NCBI RefSeq assembly: GCF_018977255.1
Contig: NW_024704742.1
Location: 101,062,001 to 101,126,000 of the forward strand
Source: Callorhinchus milii
Taxonomy: Eukaryota
Reading direction: 5' to 3'
DNA length: 64,000 nucleotides
Shown: piece after piece, positions 63,430-64,000 of the stretch
How positions within the stretch are numbered: position 1 is the first letter of the stretch
Layout of the letters: the number at the start of each line of letters is the position of its first letter
The notes under the pieces: generated by a model
What the model was told of the DNA's origin: nothing
What the model saw: only the letters and a program-made list of their open reading frames with translations
Databases searched by the model: none
Program-made: the position numbers and the translations under genes

Positions 63430-64000
63430 GGAGGAAACTGCTATTTCCTCCACCCCTCAGGCACTGGCAACATCAGCATCCACGGAAGCACATTCCACCT
63501 CACCAAGCCTGTCAGGAAGCTGGGTGTCTTGTTCGACCCTCAACTGTCTTTTCTCACCCTTATCCATGCCATAACCATTGCCCGACACCGTCACTGCCTC
63601 AACTCTCAGGCTGCCGAAACCCTCATACACGCATTGATCACCTCAAGGCTCGACTACAGAAACTCCCTCCTTATTGGCCTCGCCAACTCTTCCATCTACA
63701 AGCTGCAGATCATCCAGAACTCTGCAACTCATGTCCTCTACCGTACCAGGCTCCGTGACCCCATTAGTCCCACCCTCGCCCGTCTCCACTGGCTCCTCAT
63801 CCCTCAGAGGATAGAATTCAAAATCCTTGTCCTCACTTTCAAGGCCTCCACATCTTTGCCCCTCCCTACCTCTGTGACCTGCTGACCCCATATTAACCTG
63901 TCCGCTCCCTCTATTCAGCAGGCTCCAGCCTGCTCTGTGTCTCACGTCCGATCCACCCTAACATTAGCAGCCGGGCTTTCAGCCTCTCTGGCTTTGGAAC
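63430..64000 (+). mobile_element. L2 ORF2 C-terminal fragment running off the window edge
   Basis: AAETLIHALITSRLDYRNSLLIGL...LARLHWLLIPQRIEFKIL. Confidence 0.92.

Noticed and set aside
1..64000. CRISPR arrays, rRNA, prokaryotic operons
   Set aside because: Eukaryotic repeat landscape; recurring sequences are dispersed retroposons, not repeat-spacer arrays.

Overview
This is vertebrate genomic DNA that is AT-rich and dense in repeats. The repeat set (L2 and CR1 LINE fragments, tRNA-derived Deu-domain SINEs, a shark-type Penelope-associated palindrome) suggests a cartilaginous fish, possibly a chimaera; this is inference. I found no intact, recognisable protein-coding gene, and nearly all long ORFs in the track are L2 ORF2 remnants or noise. 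The main repeats are 5'-truncated L2 copies, a young tRNA-Ala/CORE-like/Deu SINE sharing its 3' stem-loop with those L2s, older Deu-SINEs, CR1 fragments, hAT-type MITEs and an unclassified ~0.8 kb retroposon-like repeat. The most notable non-repeat signal is a decayed minus-strand reading frame at ~47.75-49.74 kb that looks like a signal-peptide exon plus one large exon encoding about 3-4 Ig-like domains. It lies head-to-head with a CpG-rich, TATA-containing candidate first exon on the plus strand. Other candidates are a degenerate hammerhead ribozyme core, an RFX X-box/TATA promoter, microexons and enhancer-like unique segments. Repeat boundaries were read by eye and are approximate.
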